A DNA stretch of 64,000 bases from the human T2T-CHM13v2.0 reference genome, Homo sapiens. The position numbers were made by a program, and so were the translations under genes. Below are positions 25,079 to 39,654 of the stretch, one piece after another. Position 1 is the first letter of the stretch. The number at the start of each line of letters is the position of its first letter. The notes beneath the pieces are model-generated. The model saw only the letters and a list, made by a program, of their open reading frames with translations, did not search any database and was not told the origin of the DNA. The stretch lies in the NCBI RefSeq assembly GCF_009914755.1, contig NC_060942.1; one strand, 5' to 3'.

Positions 25079-27782
25079 TTCCTCCTCCTATCACTCACAG
25101 TGTGAGTGAACTGTAAATCTGCCAGAGCAACAGATGGCCATTCCAGGTCCAAGGAGGGGGTTCAGGAGGTGGGGTACAGAGCCTTCCTAGATTTTTCTGA
25201 CCTTGAAAATCTTCCATTTTACTAAAGTTTGTGGGTTGTGGTTTAACTTCATCATAAAAGAATCTGGCACAGTTTTATTTTAAGATGCAGAAGACTTCAT
25301 TTAGATGGATTCCCTGGGATGATGCAAATGTGCGGTTGCAGGGCCATGGTAGGCTTGTTGGCAGTGGCCTACATGACACACAGGGACTTTGAAACACAAG
25401 GGGAGTCCAACAGTATTTATAGTGAGTATTTATTAATGGTTTGTCACATGCTCAGCCCTGTCCTGGATACTTTGGGGATACAAAAGATGCAATTTAAGAG
25501 ATCACGTGGAAGAGACAATATTTACATGCCCAAATTGTTGGAGAATAATAAATCTCAGGTGTTTACCATGAACTAAATTGTATGGTACAGGATATATGCA
25601 TTCTGGGAGTAAAGAAAGGAAAATATTTTTATTTTCATACTAAAAATTCCTGATTGCCCATTTTTTAAGCTAGTTGTGCACAATCACAAATTTGGCTTCC
25701 ATTGTCTTAATAACCAAAATTGTCACTTTGTCAACATGACTGTAGCCAGGCCAGGCTATTATTTTAAGAACATTTGATTACCTGCACAGATGATGCCCTA
25801 TATATCCTTGCTACAAGCTGGAAAATACACCATTGGTGAATCACTTGCTATAGCTGAACTGTTGTGCCTCCAGGTACCCAAACTTGAAGGGCATGTATTG
25901 TCTGGAAATAATGACAAATGAAACAATATTCCGGCATCTTTCTTTTCATCCATCCATAAATTCACTTGTCCGTATCTGCAATAACTGACACAGGAGTTGA
26001 GATAGTATATATGCCTAATCAGCTTATTCTAATTCTATCGGCTATATCACTGGTCAAGACTTTAGAAAGATAACAGTAGAGAGGATGGTTAAGTTTTGAT
26101 AAGGTAGGAGAAGACACAAGAAACGCGTAGCCAGGATTGTCACCCTTGGAGGAAAGGCTTGGGTAGGGCAGCCAAGTAAAAATCCTGAGTGTCGAGGAGC
26201 AACAGGGACTCTGGACACCTGAGAGAAACTATCTTGGAGGGGTGGGGTCAGAGACTGGAAAAGTGAAGGTCACAGATAACCAATTTTATGTGCATTGCAC
26301 CAGAGTCCTTTCTTCAGGGAGGGGCCACTGCCAGCCTAGCCACCCTTACTTGCTAGGCAGTACTCCATTGATTTTAAGCCATGCAGATCCAGTCTGTCTC
26401 GTTGCTACCTCATCATCAAATAAAGAAAGAAAGAAAGAAAGAAAATAGCAAAAATGCGAGACCTTTCTTAGATGCCTGGGGCTCTCTTACTTCTGCTGCA
26501 AGAACTTTTGAAAAAGAAAACATAAACAAAATATATTTCCTGTCTGCCCATAACAAACACAGACTAAAAATACTGTTACAACTGTACAATAGTTTTAAGG
26601 TCAATGTATTCCCTCTTCATGGCTATGAAAACCTGACCCACATAAGGCATTAAAATTCATAACACATGAAAATTAGGGAGTCCTGGAAGCACTTTCTTCT
26701 ATATAAGTACAAAATTTCTCTGCCTACATCTAGCATTTAAAGGAAACCATCCAGATAATTAAAATGCCTATAAATGAAATGTCAAAGTTAAATGTTTCTT
26801 TTAAGTCTTAATGCTTAGGCAAAGTGAAACCTTTATTCTAAAATAATATGCTTTAAGTACGAGTGGTATCTTGTGAGGGAGTAGAATAATTAAGGTTTGC
26901 CACATAAAATGGGTCTACAGGTCTACGTGCCGCTCCACTCAGTAAGTAACCTTTATGAAGGGGAATGCGATAATCAGTGTGTATTTTTTTGTCCTTAAAT
27001 ACTGCCATTATTTTAAACATGAATGTAGCTACTGTGGATAAAGCTAACCACACAATGCACATGGAGAAAATTAATCACACAGATAAAGAAAACAGAGTTG
27101 GCGAGTTAGGTAGATTTTGATTTGGTTTTTGTGTCGTTGACTTCAGGGCCTTCTTTGTTGTTTTTGTTGCTGTTTTTTCGTACTAGTACAATGATTGTTA
27201 TTTGTTTTCTTTCTTTCCTCCTATGTACATTATCCTAATCTGGATATGGATGTCACAGGGAAATACCCCGCATGTGTTCTGCTGCTTGAGTTGGGGCACA
27301 CATAATGCATCTTCACTGTGATAGAGTTAAGATGTATTGTACCAAGAGTACCATTTAATCTCTTGGTCATGATGCTGATCAACACAGACATAGGCTATGC
27401 AATTTTTGCATATGCAGGATTTTTCTAAAGATTCCTATTGTTATTCATAAGGTTTATATCAAACATTTCACACATACATTCTCATACACACCCTTATGCA
27501 TAGACTTTATGGCTAGCCCTTTTGAATGCTAGGGTAGTTGACCTCCCCACTCTTTGCCTCCACTGATAAAACTCTGTAACCATCAAAGTAGACTCCATTC
27601 TACCAAAGAATCAATGACATGGGTTCAGTGTAGGGTCAGGGTCCTACCCATTGAACAGGAGATAGAGAAGCATGATGTAGTAATTCCTTCGATGGTGTAT
27701 TCTGATATGACACACATTATCTCAACCACTTGTATCTACCTCTACTTCTCTGTGATGCTAACAAAGGAAGATTACAACTCAC

Positions 27783-28134
27783 CCTGCTTCCTGGAGGCCA
27801 GCAGAAATAATCTTCTCCATCTTTTCCTCTTTTGCTTCCCGGTGTTGGACTGCTCAGGTGAAAAAGGAAACATTTTGAGGGACAGTCCTTAGTTGTGCAG
27901 AAGATAATCCTGACTGGAGCTGGTTCTTTCCTCATCAAGACATTTTCTGATTTCCCTTTGATGGAGGCATTCTGGAGATTGGGTGTGAGACCAACATTGC
28001 TAGTCATCAGTGAGGGGATCATATCTCTGGCTGGTACATGTTGTACCACTGCAATCACATTGTATCCTGTTGTTTAAAAGTACCCTTGTTCCTCATGTTT
28101 GAATGACAGTTGGTAAAGATAACCACTTTCTCTT
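27783..28134 (-). other. Candidate non-coding exon (352 nt)
   Basis: Minus-strand acceptor tactttttaatgtgtttcccag and donor CAGG|GTGAGT flanking non-repetitive sequence; no transcript evidence. Confidence 0.3.
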
Positions 28135-30278
28135 CTGGGAAACACATTAAAAAGTAAAGTCAAGCCACATGGTTTTGGATGGGAGGCAAAAGGTCAAATA
28201 CGAAAGCTAACCTTTAGCAGAACGACTGGTGCAAGTAGTGGAAGCTGAGAGTAATAAATAGAGACCCCCTCCAGGGGTTTCCAGACACAAACCTTTGGCT
28301 CCATTCAGCTTGAGGGGGCAGCAAGTGGAACTGTACATCACTGAACTAAAATACAATGTATGTGTTTAAGAGCAAGTGGCACGGAGATAGTCGAGTCTTG
28401 GCTTCTGACCTCTTCTACTGAAGTCAGACTTTGATTTTGGCATGGAAACACCTAGAATAGAGATTCCGCGGGCAGAATGGTAGCGCCTGATCTGTGTGCA
28501 GGCCACAGAGCATCTTCTTCCTCTTCATGTTCGTGCCCCTCTTTGTCCTCTGAGCATTTATGCCTAGAGTTTCTACTGACTGGAGCATTCTCTGCCTTTC
28601 CATCTCCTCTGCTTTGGCTACTTCAGGTTTCAGATTAAAGATTCTTTTCCAGAAAAACATTTCCAATTGCCCCACTTTACTCCATATCTGGGATAGCTTC
28701 CCCTTTTATGTATTTACAGAGTCCAGGGGTTTCTCTTATCATACTCATTTATTAATTCTAGCATCACTTTTTAGCAGTTAGTATAAAGACCTTGTTATCT
28801 TATTCTCTCCTATTGCCCCAATACATGACACAAAGTAGGTATTTCTCAAGTATATATTGTATAAATAATAATGTATTATTATTATAATTATTAATAAACA
28901 ATCTCAATATCCTTTAAACACTTTATGTTTACTCTTTTCTTGAGCCCTGAGAGAACTGATACTTTTGAGACAAAAGGTAGTCTCCCACCCCTATATACCT
29001 AAACAAAAGCATCCCATTAAAACAGGTAAGTATGGTTTAGCTCACATAACAACAATAAAAAATAGATATGAATAGTAAGTCTATGCCAAGGATTGTTCTA
29101 CATGTTTCATTGTGCTCTCTATCTAGTCCCTGGTAAGAGGAGTGCTCTCATTTCCTTTCAACTTGCACGTTACCACAGTGGTTCCAATTCAGAGCTAAAA
29201 TCCAACTCAAGTTCACTGACTTTGAAGCTTAGACTTGTGCTATTCTCCACGCTGAGGATCAGCCAAAATCTTCCTTACATATTGCTGGCAATGTGAACAA
29301 GAGGAAAAATGGAAGACCCACAAAAAGCATGGCCCTCAGAGTCAGAAGACATGATCTCTAATCCTGCTTGGGAGCTTGGGCAAACCACTTCATCTCTTAG
29401 AATAGGGAGCATGGACATAATGTTTAACAAAAAAAAAAGGTCCCTGCAGCCATTCTCTTATGTTGCATGGTCCAAATGAGACTATTCCAAATGCTCATGA
29501 TTCCAAATGCATCAGGTTTCTCTGCTATGAGGTTCCCATTTGGGAGATGGGCTATGTGTGCACACCCTGGGTTGCACTCTCATAGCGTGTCTTCCCTGGG
29601 CCAATTTCTGGACACTCTCCTTATTGCTTCCATTTTAAAAACAGTATTATTTATACCTTGTTGATCTTTGCCATTCTAAAAGGCAAATGTGCTTACATTT
29701 ATGTATTCTCCTAATATCCTGCTAAGAGCTTTGTACAAAAGAAGTGTTTATAAATATTTATTGAGATAGTGCTTATTAGCAAAAATTCTTTGAGTGCTAA
29801 TATGGGCTGAGAAAAATAATGACCATCAAAATACACTTTGAGCTCTCATTCTAGTAGAGCATCAGTAGTGAGAAAGCAAAGCTTAAATGATTTCTGTATT
29901 TAAAGTATTAAAACACCCCCAGGAGCGATCAGATTTCTTGGTTTCCTGAAAGCTCCTTAGACTCTGTCATTTGGCATGTGGAAGCATTTTGCTAGGAAGG
30001 GTTTTCCTTGTTCTGCTGCGATAAGCCATAAAAGAGAAACTATTTTGCTAGCACAATAAAACCCCTAGCATAAACATCCTTTAAAGAATCTTCCATTTGA
30101 TTGCAGAGGAATTTTTTCAGTATTAAAATGGAATTTTTTTCAATAAAAAATGCTACAAAACTTCTAAAGTTCTTTATTTCCTCTAAAAGTTACTTCCTCA
30201 AGAAGGTCAAGTTTGGTAGAACATAAGATAATTCCCTTCTTTGTTTGCAATGCTGACACAATAAAGCAAGGTACTTAC

Positions 30279-30369
30279 CTCCACTGTACTCTGTACCCAA
30301 GTCTTGTGTGACCCTCTATCAGTTTCAATGCCATCTCAAGGCTCCAGAATACACCATCACCACACACAC
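30279..30369 (-). other. Candidate exon (91 nt)
   Basis: Minus-strand acceptor cttctgccttttcccttcttgaag and donor GAG|GTAAGT; no recognised protein homology. Confidence 0.35.
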
Positions 30370-30712
30370 CTTCAAGAAGGGAAAAGGCAGAAGCAAGCAA
30401 CTTCTTTTGATGGAAACATTTTTGTCCCAAACCCATTCCTGATATAAAAAATGAATTGATTAATCAGTTAGAGGTTTTAAATGATACTTATTTGCAGAGT
30501 CATAGGAGGGGTTTGAAACAGCATTTTAGAAAATTTGGGGGAAAAGCAGGAACATGACAGCAGAAATAAAACACCAGGAGCAGGAAAGGGCAGAACACTT
30601 GCATGAGTCTTTTGCCAAATTAACTCATGCTTTTAGGATGTATAGAACAGAGATTTGCTGGCTTGCGTCACTGCAAATAAATAGTATGTCTCAGTGAAGA
30701 GGTTATGACTTT

Positions 30713-30718
30713 CAAAAC

Positions 30719-30748
<30 letters not shown>
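30713..30748. repeat. (CAAAA)n microsatellite
   Basis: Read directly from the sequence. Confidence 0.95.
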
Positions 30749-30749
<1 letters not shown>

Positions 30750-31039
30750 AATCGGAAACATCAAAGCCTGTTACTTAAAATATGAGAATAGGTTGTTTTC
30801 CATGCTGGTTCCTTCCTTTTTTTTTTTTTCTTTTCTTTTCTCTTTTTCCTTTTTTTCTTATACTAACGCCGAATTCCAGAAACTAATCTACACCTACAGA
30901 ATAGTGAACTTTGCACTTTTCATAAAATGTTTGGGGAAAGAGGGCACTATTGTGTCTACACAGCCTATTTACAGCAAACAAAGACGATGTTAGAAAAAAA
31001 TGCTTATATTTTGCATTTGGTTAGGTGTGATTTTGAATT

Positions 31040-31170
31040 TTGACTTTACTGATTATGTAATGTAGGGCCAGTCACTTTGTTAATGAGAACCTCAGTTTTC
31101 TTATTTGTAAAATATCACTAATAAATCCTAACACCATAAATATACATATTTTCCAGTGCTTAATAAATAG
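31040..31170 (+). mobile_element. MIR fragment
   Basis: gaacctcagttttcttatttgtaaaat core. Confidence 0.6.
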
Positions 31171-32155
31171 CAATTTCAGGAGCATAAGAGGTGAAGGCCA
31201 CCTCTTCTGATTGGGGGAGGGCCCTGCTGCCTTTAAGGACAGTACATGACACAAAGCAAATTAAACAACAAAGGCCAAATGAGCTACTGGTCTAAGGTTG
31301 TGAAACCAGACTCAGTGGAGGACTGTGGATTGTGAGGTCAATGTGAGACATTAGTTTCAGGAACGTGGGGAAAAGTAAGTAGAGAAACAAAAACGGGGAG
31401 ATGATGAGTTGTAAAAACTGTGTCTACTTCCTAGTTTCACCAATTCTGATTCAATTCTGACTCTGTGACTCAGCTCCCTGTGGGGCCAAACCTTGATCTA
31501 ATTGCTGCTTTCTGCCCTGGATATGCTATATGCGTTGCTTACACAAGGGTGTGTTGATTGGTGCACAAGCCACTCCAGAGCAGAGCAAACCACGTTGCTC
31601 TGACACTGCTCTGCACCATAGTAGTCGGCTTTGATGTTCAAGTTCCTTCTTAACCAAATTATGAATGCTCTACTTCTCTCCATTGCCACCGTAATGAACT
31701 TTAACAATAATTATACTCAGGGCCTCTTTGGAGTAGATTTTTTGTCTCCTTAGGTGCCTGTACTCTTCTGGATGTTGCTAATCCAGGAGAAAATGTGACA
31801 ATATAGCTGGGTGCAAAGACAACAGGAAGCTTCACCTGACTGAGAAACACAGAAGAATGCAAGCAGCCAAAAACTAGTTAATGGGAGAGAAGCAGAGAGC
31901 ATATACTTTGAACGAACATAGTATCTGAAATGTTTGGAATATAAGATTTTCCATCTCTGCTTTATCTTTTCAAGTCTATGCCATGTAAGATTCAGGCAGC
32001 AGGTTTGTGCAATGTAAATAAGATTGGATACCATTAGTGTACCAAATTCCCCAACAGTCCCTGCAAAATATTTTGTTATGTCTTTCATGTGTTTGGTGTT
32101 CTACATGTTTTCAATCCACTTTCACATGTCACACACAGATCTCTTAACAAATTAG

Positions 32156-32484
<329 letters not shown>

Positions 32485-32659
32485 CAAACACAAGTATCTT
32501 AATTACTTATTCGAATGTTTTCCCACTATATCCCACTAGAGGGAGGGGAAAAAAAACAGAAAATACAAATAAATTGCTGTCAATTTTGATTGGCTTTATT
32601 TTGATGTGAGTCATTAACATTTAATAAGAACTTAAAATCTATTTTCAAAAAATAAAACA

Positions 32660-32860
32660 ATATAGTGATTAAGAGTTCATTCTCTATTGTCTTGGTCAAA
32701 TTCTGTCATTTATTACATGAATAATATTGACAAAGTTGTCTTTAGTATTCCTTTCTTTAAAATGGAAGGAATAATGTTATCCACTTCAAAGAACAGTAAT
32801 GAGGTTTAAGCATTGAACACAGTGCCTGGCCTATATTAAGGGCTAACAAATGTTTTCTAC
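32660..32860 (+). mobile_element. MIR
   Basis: atagtgattaagag...taaaatggaaggaataat...gaacacagtgcctggc. Confidence 0.65.
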
Positions 32861-32984
32861 GTTACCGTTTGTTGTAATTTACTAGAGCTTACCACTCTTC
32901 CTTCTTCTTATGTATTTTTTCTCTTTTCCTTTTCTTCTGCTTTTCCTTATTCTTCTTAACCATAAAAATTCAATAAATGGTAGA

Positions 32985-33210
32985 TAATGCCAGGAAATAC
33001 TCTAAATGCTTCTTTTGTATTATCTGACTTAATCCTCACCACAATCTTATAGGTTAGTACTATCATTATTACAATTTTACAAATGGAATAATTGAGGCAC
33101 TAAAAAGGTTGCTTAACCTGGTTGATCACTGAGATAGTGTTTTATCTGAGATTTGTATTCAGAAAGAACTATGTAGTCCTGCTCATAAGCACTATGCCAT
33201 ATTGCTTCTT
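32985..33210 (-). mobile_element. MIR
   Basis: ttaatcctcaccacaatc...tactatcattatt...ttttacaaatggaataattgaggcac. Confidence 0.75.
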
Positions 33211-35333
33211 ACTTTAGTATTTTTAACATCAGAGCAAGGTTTTATCTTAAGTTACAATGCAACGTTAAAATCTAAGTGGAAATGAGATTTAGAGCTTTAA
33301 TTTTTTAAAGGATTGAGAAAGAAAGGAAAAATCGTACATACCAGCTTCATGGATGAGGTGAGATAATTAAGAGAAAGGATACTGAAAGGCTAGAACAAAT
33401 GTCCTTGAGGCTGTCTGTGTCCGGTGCCTTCCCTATAAGTAAAGGCAACAAGCTCTGTCTGTCCAGACAAACTCACTTGACTCAAGGTTATGACTATAAA
33501 ACAGGACTCCACAACAACATAGCTGTCCATGTCCTTCCTTCTTTCGGTCAACCTCTTCTAATCCTGCAAGTGTGAACTTTGCTTCAGCACGTGCTTCAGT
33601 CTATGGAAACTGTCTCCTCCAAGCTCTGCATCTCACTGATTGTTCTGTTTTCATGGAAGTCCAGATGGCTGCTGGAGGTTTACTTGAGGTCTCTTTCTGT
33701 AGGATATAGTTATACTTTTGTCAACTCGGTGGTACATAAGTTTGTTCACTCTAAAAGAAGTTGCCTTAAAAAAAAAAGCTTTCAGATGTTAGAGAGAACT
33801 GAGATGCTGATGTCAACACATGAAAAATTAGATGCTTAACAATGCAAGAATACTTATGGTATAGATTTTAACATAATTATCAATACATTCCTTTCAGCTA
33901 TTTTCTCATTTTAATTGCATACAGTTTATGTCTTTGTTTTATGTAGCTTTTTTTGATGAAAAGAGAATGGAAGCAGCAAGATGAAAATGAAAGAATTATG
34001 CAAAGGAACCGAAGCCTTGCCAAATACAGAATTTGTGGTTTCTACTTTGTGCATGATTTATGCACAATTACATTTTTCAATGTATTATCCTGCAAGCTAC
34101 TTTGCTGTATACTCCTGGTTTGTCTTTCTGGTGTCTGTGTTTGGATTGAGACAAATATGCTTCTTTTGTTTTCATTCTTGAAGCCAATAACTTTTTAGGG
34201 AGATGTGGAATTTCTTTATTTTAGATTAAGCACTATCCGTAATTCCTTGTATTACATTTGGCTTGATGTTGAAGAACTTTGTCACCACTCTGGTTGGTCT
34301 CCGCTGAACTTTTGCCAAGAATAAAAGCAGATCCACTTCAAAAGCTGATCTTTTTTGCTGCTCAAGATTAAATCCAGAATTTAGCTGGTTTCTGCCTTAG
34401 CTTGGTCAACAGATAAAGGGTCAAGACTGGAAAATTGCTTGTACCCCTAGGAGACATGGATAGGAAAAAAAGACTGATGAGTTTTTAAGGTACAAACAGA
34501 GACCATCACAGCACATTTCACCACCTAGATTAAATAACTACTAGGCTGAAGATGGAAAGTAAAAGGGAAGTCACATATTGAGCAAGAGATGTTACCCCAA
34601 AGTCAAAGGAACACTTATATGGGGAAATGGACAAATACAAGCAGGCAGACAATCATGATTAGGGATGATATGTCAACAGGAAATGGGATCCAGCCATCAG
34701 GCTCAGCTTTATTGCTACGACTACAAGTCAGGAGATTATGATCATAGCAGAACTACAGTTCTAGAGGATGCTAAAAATGCACGCTGCCAAATTGGTGGAG
34801 AGGTGTAGTGTTTGGCGCTGGCTTCTAGTGCAAAACTCTGTTACCAGAAGTCTTACTCATGGAGGTAAGAAAGGGAATTAAGGTATTTGAATGAGAAAGA
34901 CTGGTGTTTAGGACAGGAAAACATCATCACGTTTAGATGAACAGTCAGTCGGGGAAGCATGATGGAAAACCATATAATGATTCTAAAAGGGCTTGGATAT
35001 GTCATGTCTCATGTCAGTATTAGCCTTGGTGTTTGGAAGAGAAGCAGCATAAATGATAGGATTTAGTATGGCCCACTGGGAATTTTCTAATATTTATCTT
35101 CTACCTCCTAGAGTATGAAATCATGACAGAAAATATAAGCAGTTGTCTGACATTCAATTACTAGCTGAAAAAGGAAAGCAGAAACTAATGCTCTCTAATC
35201 ATACTTTATATCACAAATGTGAGATGATTATAAAACATGCAACATCCATTTTCTCTATCTGCATGGGCAGTCTACAGAACTTTAACAATAGTATGTCTCC
35301 TTCTTTTTTTCTTTACCTAAGTCCAAGTGCTTC

Positions 35334-35389
35334 AAATGTCCTTACCCTCCAGTTCATAAATGTCCTTACCCCCCAGTTCATAAATGTCC
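35334..35389. repeat. 24-bp tandem repeat x2.3
   Basis: Unit aaatgtccttaccc(t/c)ccagttcat. Confidence 0.95.
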
Positions 35390-35935
35390 ATAATTTCTAC
35401 ATCTTCTTCATCTCTATTAATAATTTTTCTATCTTAATAACCTTGATTTTATTGAAAAAGTGATGAACTCATTTTTGGTGCATTGCCTAAGACACAGGCT
35501 GTCAAATCTTTCTTTCCAGGTATTTTGTCCCATTAAAATCAGTGAAAAGATTCTGTATTTTTTTTTTCCTCGTGCTCTGTGGTTTTGTTCTGTTTTATTT
35601 GGAGCTCCAAAACATACAGTTAACCTTTATGAAAACTATTTCTTTTCTGTATTTAACATAATCCAGCATCTTAACTTAGAGATGAAGGAATCAGAGCTAT
35701 CCTAAATTTCACCAGAAATTAAAGGAACAGGAAATCGAGTTTATAATCTGAAAGGCCTATGCTCATTTCTGGGCTATACCTTTAGAAGTGCAGCTCTGGC
35801 AAAGCTATTTTTTTCAAAGTTCCCCAGATAATTCTAATGTTAAATAACCACTTAGGTTTATATCTATTCTTAATTTTTCCTGAATATTCTTAGGCTAAAA
35901 GGAAGATCTTTTTACCTAGCTAAGAGAAGGATAGT

Positions 35936-35986
35936 ACTTCAAATTCAGTAATTTATGAATAGAACTTCATATTCAGTAATTTATGT
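35936..35986. repeat. Short direct duplication
   Basis: acttca(a/t)attcagtaatttatg occurs twice with a short spacer. Confidence 0.9.
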
Positions 35987-37012
35987 TGGAAAATGACATG
36001 TGACATATATGTGTATGTATATATATGTATATATATGTGGGTGGGTGGGTGGGTGTGGATGAGTGTATGAGTGCATACACTCACACCTGTGTAGGTGAAT
36101 GTTAAGTATTTCAAACTAGCTTAGCAAAATACTACAAGCAACAATTTTTTAAGTTGGTTATGAGTAGGCAAGTGCTACACTTAGAGATATGCAGCCAACA
36201 ACCCCTCACATCAATGTGTTGTGATTTTGTTCTTTCTCCATTTCACACTATAATAGTTAGGCTGACTATTCACAACACCTCCTTTAATTGTTGTCCTTAA
36301 CCACAGATGCTTCATTTTCTTGGGTCATATAATTGGTATTTCAATATCAAACATCTGACACACAGCAACTCCAGATGAGAGATGGAATATTTGGATTGGG
36401 ACTAACTGGGGTGTAGCAGGTTGATAAGAAAATTGAACTCTGTTTGTCCCATCCCACTCTCACCTTTTATCTCTCAATGCTTTTCTCCTAAAAGTGTCAT
36501 GTAGAAAATAGATCAGATAAGATCTCATGCAAGACTCTACACTAAGACCCCAAAAACAGAAACTGTGCTCAAGAAATGGGCTGATGTCTCTGGCAGCAAG
36601 ATGTGTATAAGAAGTTATGACCAATTGCAGACAAGAGCTCAGGTATCAGAAGGGTGACCATGTATCATAATTTTATTAGTAAAACCTCACTTTAATAAAA
36701 GAGTATCTGATTCACATGTATTTGTGTTAGATTTACCTTTGCACCAGAGCAAGCAAAATAGTAGGAGAGAAAAATGGACTCAAAAAATTGCAATGCACAG
36801 TGAAAAGAGCAATAATAGCATGGACCCAATTCAAAGGTTAAAAAAAAATGTACAGAATATTTGGGTAGACAATTTCAAAAGAAACTTAGAGGGTAGCATT
36901 TTTTAAAGAAATAATTATTTCCCCAATTTTATTTAAAATGGGCAAGAAGTAGAAAAATACTGATAGTTTAATCATCCAGAGAAAAAGCATCACTAAAATT
37001 TTAGTACACATC

Positions 37013-37409
37013 TGTATCAGTCAGTGTTTACCCAGAGAAATAAAACCAGGAGGATTTTAAGAGATTTATTGCAAAAAATTGGATTATGCCATTGTGAGAG
37101 CTGGCTAGGTAGGTCAAAATCCAGAGGACAGGGCATCAGGAAGGACCAGCTGGAAAATACGAAGCACAAGCTGAAGCTTCATTTCACAAGAAGAACTTCT
37201 TCTTTTTTTTTTTTTTTTTTTACTTCTGCTCAAAGGCCTTCCAATCAATGGAATCAGTCCCACCCAGATTATCTATGATAATCTCTTTTAAAGTCAACTG
37301 TAGATGTTAATCATACCTACAAACTACTTTCAGAGCAACACCAAGTTTAATGTGTAAATAGCTGAGTACTATAACCTAGCCAAGTTGATACATAGAACTG
37401 GCCATCACA
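37013..37409 (-). mobile_element. MLT2 LTR (3' LTR of an ERV-L relic)
   Basis: tgtatcagtcag...cccagattatc...aagtcaactg...cctagccaagttgatacat...gccatcaca, continuing into ERV-L internal sequence. Confidence 0.85.
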
Positions 37410-37683
37410 GTTCACTTCTTGTCAACTGGGCACTCACATACAGCTCCTCAAGACATGCTTAATCTACAAATAATCATAATAACAAAGTCATTTTTTCCAC
37501 CTGTAATTATAGTACTACACTCGGCACACCAAAAACCACTAACTCTGAAAAAAAAAGAATGGAAAGTCTTTGAGTGATTTTCCCTAGTCTTCTTAATATC
37601 CTGTAACTTAAATATTGTGATATAAAGTTACCTGCTATTAATACACTTTGTGTTAGATGATAGTGAGAATATGAGAGGAAATA

Positions 37684-38393
37684 CAGATGATACCTGAACA
37701 ATTTGGAGCTTTGGCACATTAAACCCTCACAAAGTTGAAAATCTGTGTGCAACTTTTGACTACCCCAAAACTTAACCACTAATAACCTACTGTTGACTGG
37801 AAGCCTTGATAATAACATAAACAGTCAATTAACACATATTTTGTGTGTTATATGTATGACTGGGCTGGCCGCGATGGCTCACACCTGTAATTCCAGCACT
37901 TAGAGAGGCCCAGACTGGTGGAATCACTTGAGCTCAGGAGTTCAAGACCAGCTGGGCAACATGACAAAACTCTGTCTCTACAAAAAATACAAAAACTAGC
38001 CTTGTGTGGTGGTGCACACCTGTAGTCCCAGCTACTTGGGAGGCTGAGGTGAGAGGATCACCTGAACCCAGGAAGGTTGAGGCTAAAGTGAGCTGTGATT
38101 GCATCTCTGTACTACAGCCTGGGCAACAGAATGAGACCCTGTTTCAGGAAAAAAAAGTAAGCTTGAGGAAAGAAAATATTATCAATAAAGTCATAAAGAA
38201 GAGAAAATATATTTAGTATTTGTTAACTGAATAATAAAAGTCTTCATCCTCATTATCTTCATGTCGAGTAGGCTTAGGAGGGGAAGAAAGAGAAAGAATT
38301 GGTCTTGCTATCTCAGGGGTGGCAAAGGGAGAAGAAAATCTGCATAGAAATGAACCTGTGCAGCTCACACCTGTCTTGTTCAAAGATCAAATG
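37684..38393 (-). mobile_element. Tigger2a (TcMar-Tigger) interrupted by an Alu
   Basis: Degenerate TIRs cagatgatacctgaacaa / ttgttcaaagatcaaatg flanked by TA; internal aacttttgactaccccaaaacttaac...ctactgttgactggaagcctt. Confidence 0.9.
37863..38156 (+). mobile_element. AluJ
   Basis: J-type features cttgagctcaggagttc, gaggatcac, gagaccctgt; short A tail. Confidence 0.93.
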
Positions 38394-38579
38394 TATCTGC
38401 CACATATTTATAACAAATTAAAGTAGAAATGTTCATTATCATTACTGCCTTTATTTCTGCAGCAGGTCATATGGTTGTACCTTGTTCTTTGCCTGATGGG
38501 GCTACCCAAATCTTTAGTGCTGAAAGATTTGGGCCATTATACATTCTGCTTAAACTGTGTTGCTGTAGTTTTCCGTTGC

Positions 38580-39648
38580 TATCAGGGAACCTGCCCCAAT
38601 AGTCACGTAGGTTCTTTTCTATTTTCCTTAAGCATTGGCCAGTTTGAGAAATAAAGGGACAGAGTACAAAAGAGAGAAATTTTAAAGCTGGGCGTCCAGG
38701 GGAGACATCACATGTCAGTAGGCTCCGTGATGCCCCACAAGCTGCAAAACCAGCAAGTTTTTATTAGGGACTTTCAAAAGGGGAGGGAGTGTATGAATAG
38801 GTGTGTGTCACAGAGATCACGTACTTCACAAGGTAACAGAATATCACAAGGCAAATGGAGGCAGGGCAAGATCACAGGACCACAGGACCAGGGTGAAATT
38901 AAAATTGCTAATGAAGTTTCGGGCACCATTGTCATTGATAACATCTTATCAGGAGACAGGGTTTTGAGAGCAACCAGTCTGATCAAAATTTATTAGGTGG
39001 GAATTTCTTCTTCCTAGTAAGCCTGGGAGTGCTATGGGAGACTGGGGTTTATTTCACCCCTACAGTCTACAGACCATAGAAGATGCCCACACCCAAGGGG
39101 GCCATCTATAGGCCCACCCCCAGGCGCGTATTCTCTTTCCCAGGGATGTTCCTTGCTGAGAAAAAGAATTCAGAGATATTTCTCCCATTTGCTTTTGAAA
39201 GAAGAGAAATATGGCTCTGTTCTGCCTGGCTCACCAGCGGTCAGAGTTTAAGATTATCTCTCTTATTCCCTGAACAATTGCTGTTATCCTGCTCTTTTTT
39301 CAAGGTGCCCAGATTTCATACTGTTCAAACACACATGCTCTACAATTTGTGCAGTTAACGCAATTATCACATGGTCCTGAGGCGACATACATCTTCCTCA
39401 GCTGACAGGATTAAGAGATTAAAGTAAAGACAGGCATAGGAAATCACAAGGGTATTGATTGGGGAAGTGATAAGTGTCCATGAAATCCTCACAATTTATG
39501 TTTAGAGATGCAGTAAAGACAGGCATAGGAAATTATAAAAGTATTAATATGGGGAATTAATAAATGTCCATGAAATCTTCACAATCCACGTTCTTCTGCC
39601 ATGGCTTCAGCTGGTCCCTCCGTTTGGGGTCCCTGACTTCCCGCAACA
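38580..39648 (-). mobile_element. MER11 (MER11C-sized) solo LTR, HERV-K11/HML-8
   Basis: Reverse complement begins tgttgcgggaagtcagggacccc; 1069 bp; 6-bp TSD cgttgc/cattgc. Confidence 0.93.
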
Positions 39649-39654
39649 CATTGC

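Noticed and set aside
27554-28077. 112-113 aa ORFs as a coding gene or processed pseudogene
   Set aside because: Non-ATG starts, no recognised homology, no poly(A) or TSD; kept only as a non-coding exon candidate.
27691-30358. 14-bp inverted match GATGGTGTATTCTG (27691-27704 versus 30345-30358)
   Set aside because: A rough uniform-base estimate gives about one such match within a few kb by chance in a window this size.
32660-33210. Oppositely oriented MIR pair as a dsRNA stem
   Set aside because: Too diverged to pair extensively; a common arrangement.
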